Part shown: positions 8,970 to 19,074 of the stretch, piece after piece
How the letters are laid out: each line of letters begins with the position of its first letter
How positions within the stretch are numbered: position 1 is the stretch's first letter
From: Phycisphaerae bacterium
GTDB lineage: Bacteria > Planctomycetota > Phycisphaerae > UBA1845
DNA: 64,000 nt
Reading direction: 5' to 3'
NCBI GenBank assembly: GCA_963666835.2
Contig: CAXXGO010000006.1
Coordinates: forward strand, 64,001-128,000
Translations under genes and position numbers: made by a program
Notes under the pieces: model-generated
What the model saw: the letters and a program-made list of their open reading frames with translations, nothing else
The model's database searches: none
Told to the model about the DNA's origin: nothing

Positions 8970-11900
8970 GTGAACCGAATGAGGACTGAGACAGCCGGTC
9001 GACCCGGTCTCTCGTGGATTATGTTCCCGGCGTGGGGGGCAATGTTCTCGCTTGTCGCGTGTGCCGCCGGTAGCGAGGCCGGTGAGGAAGGCCTTACGGT
9101 CGAGGTTTCGTCCGGCACCGGGCTCGCAACTTTCGTCACGAAAGAGGATGGCAGCGGAATCGCTCTGCCCGCTACGGCGCAGGTCGAGCAGGATCGCCCG
9201 GCCGGCTTTCTCCGGCAATACGGTCACCTGTTCGGCGTAAGCGACTCGACCGCGGAACTTCGCGCGGTCCGGGCAAGTTCCGACAGTCTGGGCCATCGCC
9301 ACACGACCTACCAGCAGGTCTATCAAGGCGTTCCGGTCTTCTCCGGCATCCTGAAAGTCCATCAGAACGCCCTGGCGGAGGTGGCCGCGGCCAACGGTGA
9401 TTTCCACCCGATCCCTGCGGAGTTCGACATCACTCCGCGCGTGTCAAGCGAAGCGGCCGTAGCCGTTGCGATGGGTGCGATTACCGGCGACGATCCGTCG
9501 GTCGAACAATCGGAGCTGGTTATCGTCGATCCGGGTTGGTACGGCGATCCGCCGGCGGGCGTACACCTGGCGCATCACATTATTCTGGTCGATGCCCTAG
9601 CCTCGGTGGACGAGGCGTTCTTCGTAGACGCCCACACAGGGAAGATCCTGGACCAATGGTCCCTGAATCACGAATCGAGGTATCGCCGGATCTATAACGG
9701 GATGGGCGGCGAAGGACTGCCGGGCAACCTAGTTCGCGCCGAAGGTGACCCACCGGTGACGTCTCCATTCGACACCAATTATGCCTACGATTACGCGGGC
9801 GACGTGTACGACTTCTTCCACCGGGCGTTCGGCCGAGACAGTGTCGACGATCACGGACTGTATCTTGTCATTACCGTCAACTCCAAGGCCATCCAGTGCC
9901 CGAACGCCTTCTGGAGTTCCAGTCTCCTGCAGATGGCCTTCTGCAGCGGAACCGTTACCGACGACATCACCGCTCACGAGATCGGCCATGGCATCACGCA
10001 GTTTACGTCGGGGTTGATATACCAGAATCAGCCAGGACAGCTCAACGAGTCATACTCCGACATCTGGGGGGAGCTGGTCGACCTGTTCAACGGGGACACG
10101 GCCTTCCCCGGCCCTCCGGGCGGAACGCCCTGGCCCAAGGACAACGACTACGTGAACTCCGGGCTGGACACGCCTAACGCTCTGCGCACCACCACCTGTG
10201 CCGACGCCGAAGAGAGCGTTCGCTGGCTGATTGGCGAGGATGCTCACAGCTTCGGCGGGGCGATTCGGGATATGTGGAACCCGGCGTGCTTCGGTCATCC
10301 GCCTTTCGCCAACCACTCCTATCAGACGTGCAATCCGGACGATTGGGGCGGCGTGCATTCGGGCAACGGAACACCGAACCACGCCTTCGCCATTATGACG
10401 GACGGCAAGTCGTATCGCGGCTACGACGTGGCTGCGATCGGACCGATCAAGGCCGCGGCGGTCTGGTACCGAGCGGCGACCACGTATCTGACCGTCGCCG
10501 CGGACTTCCGTGACGCCTACTTCGCCTTGAATCGATCCGCGTTGGATCTGATCGGTACTGCACCATTGGACCCGCGGACGGGGCTTCCCGGCGACGTGTT
10601 CACGGCCGACGACGCGGTGCAGGTGGATCTGGCTCTGCAGGCGGTCGAGATGAACACGGACGGGCGCTGCGGCGCCTCGGCTGATCTGCTTAATCCGGAT
10701 CCCCCGGAAGAATGCGGCCAAGCCGTGGAAGTCTACGCGACGAGCTTCGACGACGGCGCTCCAGGATGGACCTTGTCCGGCATAGGCGATCCGGATACTC
10801 CTTATGATTGGTTTCTTGTGGACCAGATGCCGATCGGTCGGACCGGGCTGGCCTGGCACTGCCCCGATATCGATGACGACTGTTACGGCTCGCCGCCGCC
10901 CGACGAGTCGGCGGTCCATTCCCTGACCACCCCGCCGATTCTCTTCCCCGCGCGGACCTACCGGCCGACCCTGACGTTCACGCATCAGATTGCCAGTGAA
11001 TCCAGATACGATGGCGGCAACGTGTGGATCAGCGTCAACGACGGACCCTGGATTCTCGTGCCCTTTGCGGCGTTTACGTACAACCCGTACAGCGCGACCC
11101 TCAGAAGCGAGGCTTACGGCAACACCAACCCGATGGCAGGAAAGACGGCGTTTACCGGCGCGGGCGGTACGTGGGGTAAGTCGGTAGCAGACTTGAGCGA
11201 GTTCGTCGGCGATGACGATGTGGTTCAGTTTCGGTTCAGCTTTGGCAAGGACTCATGCGGTGGAGCCCCGGGCGGCTGGTACCTGTACGATTTCGCCGTA
11301 TATACCTGCCTGTGCGAGGAAGATGAGGATTGCGCGGACAACAACCCATGCACGGACGACTCCTGCGGCGTAGACGGCTTCTGCAATCGCATTCCCAACT
11401 TGTCCGCCTTCTGCACCGACGACAATCCCTGCACGGATGACTTCTGTGATGAGGAAGGCGTCTGCGTGAGCGTGGTCGACGAGGGCAACTTCTGCACGGA
11501 CGACAACCCCTGTACGGACGATGTCTGTGCGTCCGACGGCTCGTGCGTTTCCACCGATGACGATACCAATGAGTGTGACGACGGCGTGTTCTGCAACGGA
11601 CCGGAGGTTTGTCAAGCCGGAGAGTGCATTTACGAGACCGACCCCTGCGTAGGCTATTGCCACGAGGACGCCGACATCTGCGTGCCGATTCTCTTCTGGG
11701 ATGATTTCGAGAACGGGAACAGCCGCGGTTGGGAAATGGACAGCCCGGACAACACGGCCATCCGCGGATTTTGGGAAATCGGTGACCCGATCGGGACGGA
11801 CTACGACGGCGAGCCCTCTCAGCCGGAAGATGCCTTCGCCGGTGAGGGATGCGCCTTCACTGCTCAGAATGAGGAGGGCGTTGCCCACGATGATGTGGAC

Positions 11901-12878
11901 AGCGGCGTGGTCTATCTGGTCTCGCCGAGTATCGACCTGAGCGGCGTGGTCAACGCCCCGCTATCTTATGTGCGCTGGTATTACAACCGGGACGCCGGAG
12001 AGGACCCCGGCGACTTCTTCACCGCCGAGGTCTCGAACGACGACGGAGCGAGCTGGGTGACCTTGGAGTACCTGGACTACAACCAGAGCGTCAACACCTG
12101 GACACCGCAGATGTTCGCGCTGGAGGATTACGTCAATTTGACCGGGACCATACGGTTGCGTTTCGGCGCCAGCGACGGGCCGGGCAGCTATGTTATGGGC
12201 AGCATGGTCGAGGCTGCAATCGACGACGTTATCCTCGCCGATGAATTCGAATGCGATGAAGACGCTGACTGCGCCGACACCGACCCCTGCACGGAGGATA
12301 CGTGCGTGGCCTTCCGCTGCATCCACCCGCCGGCGGAGTGTCTCGAGGTTGTCAGTACGGTTCCGCCCGGCGGGGCGATCGATGCGCGGCAGCCGTATAC
12401 CAACCTGACCGACGGCTCAGCGATTGGCTGGGATTTGATTACCCTCGAGCCGGCCTACCCGACCACGCCGCCCGCGGCCAGTTTCACCGTCAGCGAGTTC
12501 GGCGGCGACGGGGTGCCCCCGGAGGTTGCCCAGGTGACCGCCGATGGTGACGGAGACATCACCGTCCTTTTGACCGAGCCGATGGAGCCGGGGGCGTGGA
12601 CCACGCTGAGCCACGTGCCCACGGGCTGGACCGAATGCTGGGGATACCTGCCCGGTGACGTGGACGGCGACGGCATCAGCCGCACAGACGATATTGGGGT
12701 TTTGATAAACTCGATCAACGGCACTCGCGGCCGCACCGCGTCGGACTACTCAACCGACACTAACCGCAGCGGTACGGCCGATGCGCAGGACATCCTGCGG
12801 TTGATTGATTTGCTCAACGGTGCCGGGGGGCAACGTCCGTGGTTGGAGGAACAGTTGCCGGACGACCCCTGCTCGTGA
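8970..12878 (+). CDS. Secreted thermolysin-family (M4) metalloprotease with Cys-rich repeats and C-terminal dockerin-like domain
   Basis: FTP/PepSY-like propeptide, NAFW, HEIGH, GQLNESYSD, GGVHSGNG; CTDDNPCTDDxC repeats at about 11310-11690; PGDVDGDG...DTNRSG dockerin-like end. Confidence 0.9.
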   Translation: MNRMRTETAGRPGLSWIMFPAWGAMFSLVACAAGSEAGEEGLTVEVSSGTGLATFVTKEDGSGIALPATAQVEQDRPAGFLRQYGHLFGVSDSTAELRAVRASSDSLGHRHTTYQQVYQGVPVFSGILKVHQNALAEVAAANGDFHPIPAEFDITPRVSSEAAVAVAMGAITGDDPSVEQSELVIVDPGWYGDPPAGVHLAHHIILVDALASVDEAFFVDAHTGKILDQWSLNHESRYRRIYNGMGGEGLPGNLVRAEGDPPVTSPFDTNYAYDYAGDVYDFFHRAFGRDSVDDHGLYLVITVNSKAIQCPNAFWSSSLLQMAFCSGTVTDDITAHEIGHGITQFTSGLIYQNQPGQLNESYSDIWGELVDLFNGDTAFPGPPGGTPWPKDNDYVNSGLDTPNALRTTTCADAEESVRWLIGEDAHSFGGAIRDMWNPACFGHPPFANHSYQTCNPDDWGGVHSGNGTPNHAFAIMTDGKSYRGYDVAAIGPIKAAAVWYRAATTYLTVAADFRDAYFALNRSALDLIGTAPLDPRTGLPGDVFTADDAVQVDLALQAVEMNTDGRCGASADLLNPDPPEECGQAVEVYATSFDDGAPGWTLSGIGDPDTPYDWFLVDQMPIGRTGLAWHCPDIDDDCYGSPPPDESAVHSLTTPPILFPARTYRPTLTFTHQIASESRYDGGNVWISVNDGPWILVPFAAFTYNPYSATLRSEAYGNTNPMAGKTAFTGAGGTWGKSVADLSEFVGDDDVVQFRFSFGKDSCGGAPGGWYLYDFAVYTCLCEEDEDCADNNPCTDDSCGVDGFCNRIPNLSAFCTDDNPCTDDFCDEEGVCVSVVDEGNFCTDDNPCTDDVCASDGSCVSTDDDTNECDDGVFCNGPEVCQAGECIYETDPCVGYCHEDADICVPILFWDDFENGNSRGWEMDSPDNTAIRGFWEIGDPIGTDYDGEPSQPEDAFAGEGCAFTAQNEEGVAHDDVDSGVVYLVSPSIDLSGVVNAPLSYVRWYYNRDAGEDPGDFFTAEVSNDDGASWVTLEYLDYNQSVNTWTPQMFALEDYVNLTGTIRLRFGASDGPGSYVMGSMVEAAIDDVILADEFECDEDADCADTDPCTEDTCVAFRCIHPPAECLEVVSTVPPGGAIDARQPYTNLTDGSAIGWDLITLEPAYPTTPPAASFTVSEFGGDGVPPEVAQVTADGDGDITVLLTEPMEPGAWTTLSHVPTGWTECWGYLPGDVDGDGISRTDDIGVLINSINGTRGRTASDYSTDTNRSGTADAQDILRLIDLLNGAGGQRPWLEEQLPDDPCS

Positions 12879-12921
12879 TCGAGTGGTGCAGCGCCGCGCG
12901 GCAATGCCCCGGCGCAAAACA

Positions 12922-12965
12922 GGGACGGGAGGCCGACGTGGCGTCCTCCCGTCCCGTTTGTTCTT
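12922..12965 (+). terminator. Rho-independent terminator
   Basis: GGGACGGGAGG...CCTCCCGTCCC stem followed by GTTTGTTCTT. Confidence 0.6.
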
Positions 12966-13041
12966 GACCAGACCGCCGCGAGGAGTATCTCGCGACTAGC
13001 TCTGGTTATTCACTCAAGCGAAATACAGGCCGCGAATCAAC

Positions 13042-13115
13042 GTAGCGCCAGGGCTTGTCCCCGGCGTGGAAGCGCACGGTGCTTCAACGGCGTCACCCAC
13101 AAGGGGTGATGCTAC
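13042..13115. repeat. Inverted pair of GTAG-tagged hairpins (REPIN-like, distinct family)
   Basis: GTAGCGCCAGGGCTTGTCCCCGGCG and, on the minus strand, GTAGCATCACCCCTTGTGGGTGACG. Confidence 0.45.
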
Positions 13116-13158
13116 AGTAAGTTATGCGCATTCGTGCGAACGTCATGAATAATCCCGA

Positions 13159-13824
13159 CTAGCCCTCGCGCTGCTTGAGCGGCTCGTGCGTGTGCGACGA
13201 GTCCATCTTCTGCTTCTCGAAGTCGAAGCCCTTGAACGTCGGGCTCTTCTCGTTGTGGCACTGCTCGCACTTGGCCTGCTCGATCTTCCACTGACCGGCC
13301 TTGACCATCTCCTCGAACTTGTACGTACGCTTCTCCTTCTTGATGTCTTTGTGGAGGTCCTTGTAAGCAGAGCCGGGGCCGTGGCAGGATTCGCAGCCCA
13401 CGCCCTCGAGGTTCTTGGCCTGCTTGACGGCTTTCTCATCAGCCGCATCGGGGATTGCGTATCCGCCCTCATGGCCGTAACCCGTCGTATGACACTTCAG
13501 GCAGCTCTCGTCCTTGGTGTAGTCTTTCGCCGGATCGAGATTGTGCGCCGTCTTGGCTTCTGCGAACTTGCCGGGCATCAGCGTGTCCATCGACTTGGCC
13601 TTACGCCCCTCTTCCCAGCTCGTGTACTGGGCCTTATGGCAGGCTTTGCACTTCTTCGAGCCGATGTACGCCGGCTCGTCGCCGGGTAGTGCCGGCAATA
13701 CTGCTGCCGCGGTCGCCACCGAGATCTCCGGACCGGCGTGAGCCGGCGAAACGAAACTCACTTGCCAGACAAACAGTCCGACACCTACGGACACGACCGC
13801 TAGGATTCCCAATCGTGCTTTCAT
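13159..13824 (-). CDS. Periplasmic tetraheme cytochrome c (c554-like)
   Basis: Signal peptide plus four CxxCH motifs (CKACH, CLKCH, CESCH, CEQCH); YIGSKKC and VGCESCHGPGS contexts. Confidence 0.88.
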   Translation of the reverse strand: MKARLGILAVVSVGVGLFVWQVSFVSPAHAGPEISVATAAAVLPALPGDEPAYIGSKKCKACHKAQYTSWEEGRKAKSMDTLMPGKFAEAKTAHNLDPAKDYTKDESCLKCHTTGYGHEGGYAIPDAADEKAVKQAKNLEGVGCESCHGPGSAYKDLHKDIKKEKRTYKFEEMVKAGQWKIEQAKCEQCHNEKSPTFKGFDFEKQKMDSSHTHEPLKQREG

Positions 13825-14195
13825 GTTACTTCCCTCACAAGAAAACCGAGCCAATCAAACCGCCGCCAACGGTTAGTCGAAACGCTGCCACGTTCTCCGT
13901 GGCGGCGGATCATGATAGAGGTTCCGCACCCTCGACGCAAACGGATGCGCTCCTACTCCGGGTCCTGCTTTCGGGACACTCCGAGGGGCGCACGAGGCCT
14001 TGCCACCCGAGTCGCGAGCCGCCAAGCCCCCGGCAGGATCGCTCCGCTTCGCAGAACGGCTGTCAGACGGTATGATACGGGCTTGACCGGTTGATGGGCC
14101 GCGTTGGGGCCGAACCGGGCGCCTTAGATATGGGCGCGGCACCCTCCGTTAAAGGGGGGACGCGAACTGATTAGCATCTGACGAAAGGAACAACA

Positions 14196-14804
14196 ATGGC
14201 TACGCCATGTATTCGATTGGGTGTCGCCCTGTGCTGCTTCGGGCTGGCCGGATGTGCCACCACTACCAAGGGTAAGGACGCCGATGCGGACAAAGCGCCG
14301 GTAGTCCCCGACTACAGTATGTGCGAGGGCCGCCCGGTCGAGGTGGCGGAGGAGTTCGCCGAGGACGGCGTTCTTCTGCGGCGCGAGCACTACGTCGTGG
14401 ACGATAACGGCGAACAAATCGCGCACGGTCTGACCGAGTTTTTTTGGGAAAACGGCCAGAAGAAACTCTCCATAACCTACAACTGCGGATACAAGAACGG
14501 CATGAAAAGAACCTGGTACCGCGATGGGAGCAAATGGTCGGAAGGCGGGCACGTCGACGGGTTGGAAGACGGTCGCTGGACCACGTGGTATCAGGACGGC
14601 ACCAAGATGCGCGAGTTTACGTTGAAGCGCGGGGCATGGCACGGCTTGCACACTCTTTGGCATCCCAACGGGATGAAGAAGATGGAAGTGCAATACGTTG
14701 ACGGGCTGCGGCAGGGGCCGTTTACCATTTGGGATCCCGCGGGGACGGTCTTGAAACGGATCGACTACGTCGACGGTATCGAGCAGCCCATGCCTGGACG
14801 ATAG
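14196..14804 (+). CDS. MORN-variant repeat (YwqK-like) lipoprotein
   Basis: Lipobox LAGC; repeated GxxxxWYxDG units. Confidence 0.8.
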   Translation: MATPCIRLGVALCCFGLAGCATTTKGKDADADKAPVVPDYSMCEGRPVEVAEEFAEDGVLLRREHYVVDDNGEQIAHGLTEFFWENGQKKLSITYNCGYKNGMKRTWYRDGSKWSEGGHVDGLEDGRWTTWYQDGTKMREFTLKRGAWHGLHTLWHPNGMKKMEVQYVDGLRQGPFTIWDPAGTVLKRIDYVDGIEQPMPGR

Positions 14805-14917
14805 CCCGGGGCAAGCCGCGCTGCCCGCAACGGGCGGTGCGACACGGTCTGCGCTGGTGAGAAGTCCGCATTGGGGCACGTCGAGCTTCCAGGAGGCACC
14901 GCCGCCGAGGGTAGGTC

Positions 14918-16450
14918 ATGAGCGAAACCAGCACGATTAACACGGCGGTCTTCGCGATCTCCTTCGGGCTATACACCCTGGCCATCGTCGGGGTCGGGCT
15001 GTACTCCGCCCGGTTCTCGCGCCGGAGTGACGAGGACTACTTCCTGGCCGGACGCTCACTCGGCGGTTGGATCGCGGCGCTTTCCGCGTCCGCCTCCAGC
15101 GAATCCGGCTGGGTGACGCTTGGGCTGGTCGGGTGGGCCTTCGCCTCGGGGGTGTCCGCGTATTGGATCATTCCCGGGTGCCTGTTGGGGTTTCTCTTCA
15201 ACTGGTTCGTGCTTGCCGCCCGTTTGCGCGACCGATCGGGCGACTTGCAGGCGCTGACCATTCCAGACTTCTTCGCCTTCAGTTTCAAGGAGCGAATTCC
15301 GCTCCTGCGGACTCTCTCGGTGATCGTGATTCTGGTGGCGATGCTGCTGTACGTGGCCGCACAGTTGGCTGCGGCCGGTAAAGCGTTCTCGGCCAGTTTC
15401 GGAGGGCTCGATTACCGAGCGGGCGTGCTGATCGGAGCGGCCGTGGTGTTGCTCTACACCGTAATCGGGGGGTTTCGGGCGGTCTGTTGGACCGATTTCC
15501 TGCAAGCTCTGTTGATGGTCGGTACGTTGGTGATCTTCCCCGTGTATCTGCTGGCCAATCAAGGTGGGTACGGCTTCATTACGGATCAGCTCCAGTCTGT
15601 AGACCCGGCGCTGTTGCGGTTCATGCCGGAGAAGTCCGGCATGGCCCTATTCGGGTTCCTGCTGGGGTCCGGGGCGTTAGGTATCAACTTCGGATACCCC
15701 GGACAACCGCACGTGCTCATTCGCTTTATGGCTCTGAAAGACCGGCGCCAAGCGATCATCGGCGGAATCGTCTCGGCAATCTGGGCGGTGCTGGTGTATT
15801 GGGGGGCGGTGACCGTGGGGCTGATGGCTCGGGCGATTACCGCCGGCGGCGCGGCCTGGGGGCAAATGCTGCTCGAAGGCGAGAACTCCGAACTGGGGCT
15901 CGTGCTGTCCGCCATGCATCTTCTGCCGGAAGTCGTGGCCGGGCTGGTCCTGGCGGCGGTCTTGGCGGCGATTTGCTCCACTGCGGACAGCCAGCTTGTC
16001 GTCGCGGCCAGCTCCGCAGCCAATGATCTTTACGCCCGCCTGTTCCGCAAGAACAGCAAGGGCTCGCACATGTTGGTCAACCGGCTAACGGTGTTCACCT
16101 TGGGCGTCGGAGCGGTGCTGTTGGTGATCGACAAAGAGGTGAAAGTCTACAAGTACGTGCTGGATTACGGCTGGGCGATTCTGGGAGCTTCCTTCGGCCC
16201 GCAGTTGATCCTGCTACTGCTGTGGAAGCGAGCTTCTTATGCCGGATGCGCCGCCGGCATGGCCACCGGCTTTGCCATCGCCATCATCTGGAAGGAGTTC
16301 TTCCGTGCCGAAGAGCATGGCGGAGTGGAGATCTACAACCTGCCGTTGGCCTTCGTATCCGCTATGTTGGTTAATGTTGTGGTGAGCTTGCTCACTCCCG
16401 ATTCGAGCACGGATGTCGGCCCGGAGGCTCTGAACGTCGATCCGTCCTAG
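14918..16450 (+). CDS. putP: Sodium/proline symporter (SSS family)
   Basis: DYFLAGRSLG, ALSASASSESGW, YTVIGGFRAVCWTD, GYPGQPHVLIRFMA, STADSQL; many TM segments. Confidence 0.85.
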   Translation: MSETSTINTAVFAISFGLYTLAIVGVGLYSARFSRRSDEDYFLAGRSLGGWIAALSASASSESGWVTLGLVGWAFASGVSAYWIIPGCLLGFLFNWFVLAARLRDRSGDLQALTIPDFFAFSFKERIPLLRTLSVIVILVAMLLYVAAQLAAAGKAFSASFGGLDYRAGVLIGAAVVLLYTVIGGFRAVCWTDFLQALLMVGTLVIFPVYLLANQGGYGFITDQLQSVDPALLRFMPEKSGMALFGFLLGSGALGINFGYPGQPHVLIRFMALKDRRQAIIGGIVSAIWAVLVYWGAVTVGLMARAITAGGAAWGQMLLEGENSELGLVLSAMHLLPEVVAGLVLAAVLAAICSTADSQLVVAASSAANDLYARLFRKNSKGSHMLVNRLTVFTLGVGAVLLVIDKEVKVYKYVLDYGWAILGASFGPQLILLLLWKRASYAGCAAGMATGFAIAIIWKEFFRAEEHGGVEIYNLPLAFVSAMLVNVVVSLLTPDSSTDVGPEALNVDPS

Positions 16451-16554
16451 CGTCCGCGCAATGGCACTGCCTCCGGTGGGCCGTCGGCGTTGGTAACGAC
16501 TCTATCGCCGGGCACCTCTGTCATTAGTGGACTCCCTGTAGGCCGGCGTCGGGT

Positions 16555-16697
16555 GTGGGGCATGGTCGAGGAACGAAACCTGCCGCAAGGGCTATCTAAC
16601 GCACGGCTGCACGGCCGAGCTTACACCCTCGCGCTCGGCCGACCCCAAAGACCTTCATGGCCACGCAAGCGTGGACCATGGCACCCGGCACCCGGCA
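16555..16697 (+). repeat. REP cluster including an empty copy of the group II intron target
   Basis: GTAG-family REP variant at 16555; ACCTTCATGGCCACGCAAGCGTGGACCATGGCA|CCCGGCACC at 16651-16692. Confidence 0.8.
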
Positions 16698-17162
16698 AGA
16701 GCATCAACGCCACACTCCTCAAACGCCCCGAGTTCGGCCGAGCGGTCATTAGGCACGTGCATAGAGGGTCATCCGGTGGAGACACTCACCACCGCCGCAA
16801 TGCACCGATATCGGAACACTTCCGCCAGCTTTGGAGTAGGCATACCCGGGTTGGCGCGCGAACGCGGACGCCCATCCCTTTTTTCTCAGAATATCGGATT
16901 TTTCGCTGGATATCTCTCAGGCCTAATGTTAGCTTGATGTTTAGCATTTCGTATGAGTGTGTCGATGCATCTACTGTCCTATCAGGCGGTGGCGTCGTGC
17001 TGTCGGAAAGGTGCTCTCATGGGTAATGGCGCAATCGGGCGTGGAGTTGACGTGGTGGTGAAGGTGTCGTCGGTTCTCGCCAGTCCGTGCCGGGAGGGTG
17101 TCAGTACTCGGCTGGATTTGCGCCGTTTGTGCCGCGAGCCCTTTCGAGCAATCATCCAAGTA

Positions 17163-17963
17163 ATGTTGTCTTCGGCAGGGGGTAAGGTCAGGTTCCTCAC
17201 CTTCGTGCTTGCTTGCTTCCTCTGCATATCTACGTTTCTTCTTGCAGGCTGCGGCCAATCACCGCGGGTTTCCGGATCCGATCTGATTCTATTGAAACTC
17301 AGGCGTCTCAAGACAGTGGTTACAACCGTGGGTGCGCACACAGACACGTTTTGCCAAGATCAATGCAAGGATGCGGACGATTATGAGCTATGCCTTCTCA
17401 CCTGCGCGTTGGATTCGCGCGTGTCTATGTTCATGGCAACTCATGAAGCCGATCCCGCCGACGCCATACTTTCCGAGAAACGCATCGAAGATACTACGGA
17501 GGATTTGTCGGTGCTGGTTGATCGGTGGCTTGAAACGGCCACCGACATTCACCTCGCCGCCGATCCGGGCAATCGTTCGGGCGCTCTTGACATGATCTCG
17601 GTTGTTTGTTATGCAGAGTTTGGCGATCGCGCGGGAGAGCTGGAGTATTCGAATCGTGGCGAGTTCTTCGCACTGGCAGTGATCGAGCGTTTGGCTGGCT
17701 TGGCTCAGGAAAACGCGGATCCTGAACTGCAAGACCGGATTGTCGATGACATCCTCAAGCTGGCTGAGCAAGGATCTCTCGACCGCGCCTTGAGCACTGT
17801 TACACGCGTAAGTCTTTTGTCGGTCGTAGCTTGTTTGGCTACCACGCCTTCGCAGCTTGATCGACTGGAGAGCGTGGTTGCGGCGCGGCCAGGTCTTGAG
17901 CAAGAGGTGGATTATGTTTCGTTCGCCATTGAGGCGCTTGGTTCTGGAGGCCAAGGGTCTTAA
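17163..17963 (+). CDS. Hypothetical lipoprotein (start uncertain)
   Basis: Hydrophobic stretch ending in LAGC, four-Cys cluster FCQDQC...LCLLTC, helical C-terminus. Confidence 0.55.
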   Translation: MLSSAGGKVRFLTFVLACFLCISTFLLAGCGQSPRVSGSDLILLKLRRLKTVVTTVGAHTDTFCQDQCKDADDYELCLLTCALDSRVSMFMATHEADPADAILSEKRIEDTTEDLSVLVDRWLETATDIHLAADPGNRSGALDMISVVCYAEFGDRAGELEYSNRGEFFALAVIERLAGLAQENADPELQDRIVDDILKLAEQGSLDRALSTVTRVSLLSVVACLATTPSQLDRLESVVAARPGLEQEVDYVSFAIEALGSGGQGS

Positions 17964-18127
17964 GAGGTCGAGGGGAGAGACGGGCGTTGAAAGTTATCGG
18001 AAGGCGCCCACGCGGGTTTTGTTTACGAGCTTTTAAGATGAGCAGCCTTGAGAATTAGTCGAAGCATATTTCGGCTGGTGCTCGGTGGCGGTGTATCTTC
18101 TTTTGCTTGTGAGATAGGATTGACGCC

Positions 18128-18913
18128 ATGCAAGAGTATTGCTTTGGACCATGCCCCGTGATCTTGATTGCGGGGCGTCAGTGTGTACTGGCTGCTCTGC
18201 TGCTCGCAGGCGTGCTGGTCGGTTCGGCTCAGGCACAGTCAGAGGGAGAACTCGGATACGACGAGGCGTTCGAAAAGGCCTGGGAGATAAACTACGAGCT
18301 TCAGAACAGGGCCTATTCGGAAAGAGAGAACGGTACATACACCGAGGCGCTGCTCGTCGATATTGCCGAGTATTATAGGACGGGCGTTCCGAACGAGCGG
18401 GTGACTAAGACAGTGTCCCGGGAATGGGTCATTCGGCTCTACCGCGAGATGTTCAACGTCGACAACGAATCGCAGGAAGACAAGCTGAACCGAGCAGTCA
18501 GCAATGAGCACAGGCTCCATCAGTACTTGAGCAATGAGGCCGTCAGACTGTTCAGACGCCAGCTTGTCCAGTTCCTTAAGGATGCGCGGGAGGATCTTGC
18601 GCCGAATGATCCGGGAGATGAGTACACGGATGAACGTCGCGCGCTGTTGGCGCAGATTGCAGCACGCCAGCGCCGTGCTTTGATTCACTTCTGCGGGTGG
18701 ACCCTTGTATCAGAAGATGCTGTGGAGGATGAATCTCAGAAGAAGATCCTCCGTGCGGTGCCGGAGATATTGGGGTCATACGCCAACGACGAAAACGAAG
18801 AGCCGGACGTCCGTGCGGCCGCCAAGCTGGCGGCAGAGCGGATCCGTCGCGGATGTGTGGACCCTCTGGGGAACGAAGCTGCAGATTTCGCTGCACTGGC
18901 CTTGCGCCGTTAG
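18128..18913 (+). CDS. Hypothetical secreted helical protein
   Basis: Signal-peptide-like segment ending AQA-Q; HEAT-like end (DENEEPDVRAAAKLA). Confidence 0.6.
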   Translation: MQEYCFGPCPVILIAGRQCVLAALLLAGVLVGSAQAQSEGELGYDEAFEKAWEINYELQNRAYSERENGTYTEALLVDIAEYYRTGVPNERVTKTVSREWVIRLYREMFNVDNESQEDKLNRAVSNEHRLHQYLSNEAVRLFRRQLVQFLKDAREDLAPNDPGDEYTDERRALLAQIAARQRRALIHFCGWTLVSEDAVEDESQKKILRAVPEILGSYANDENEEPDVRAAAKLAAERIRRGCVDPLGNEAADFAALALRR

Positions 18914-19074
18914 TAGCACATGTCTTTTCCGACGCTTAGTTGTCCTTCACCTTTCGGCCTTTCTGCGCAGCGTAACGCTGGGTTCGCGTCTTCCGGAAGT
19001 AAATTGTCCTACTGGATTACCAGACCATGGCTGGCTAACCGACCCGAAGCTTCGCAGTGCTGAGCAGGTTGGAA

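Noticed and set aside
14196..14804. Toxin-antitoxin system (YwqK antitoxin label)
   Set aside because: No adjacent toxin gene; MORN-variant lipoproteins commonly occur alone.
16490..17026. Transposase remnant beside the REP cluster
   Set aside because: No HUH/Y1 or DDE motifs were recognisable; the ORF is largely translated repeat sequence.
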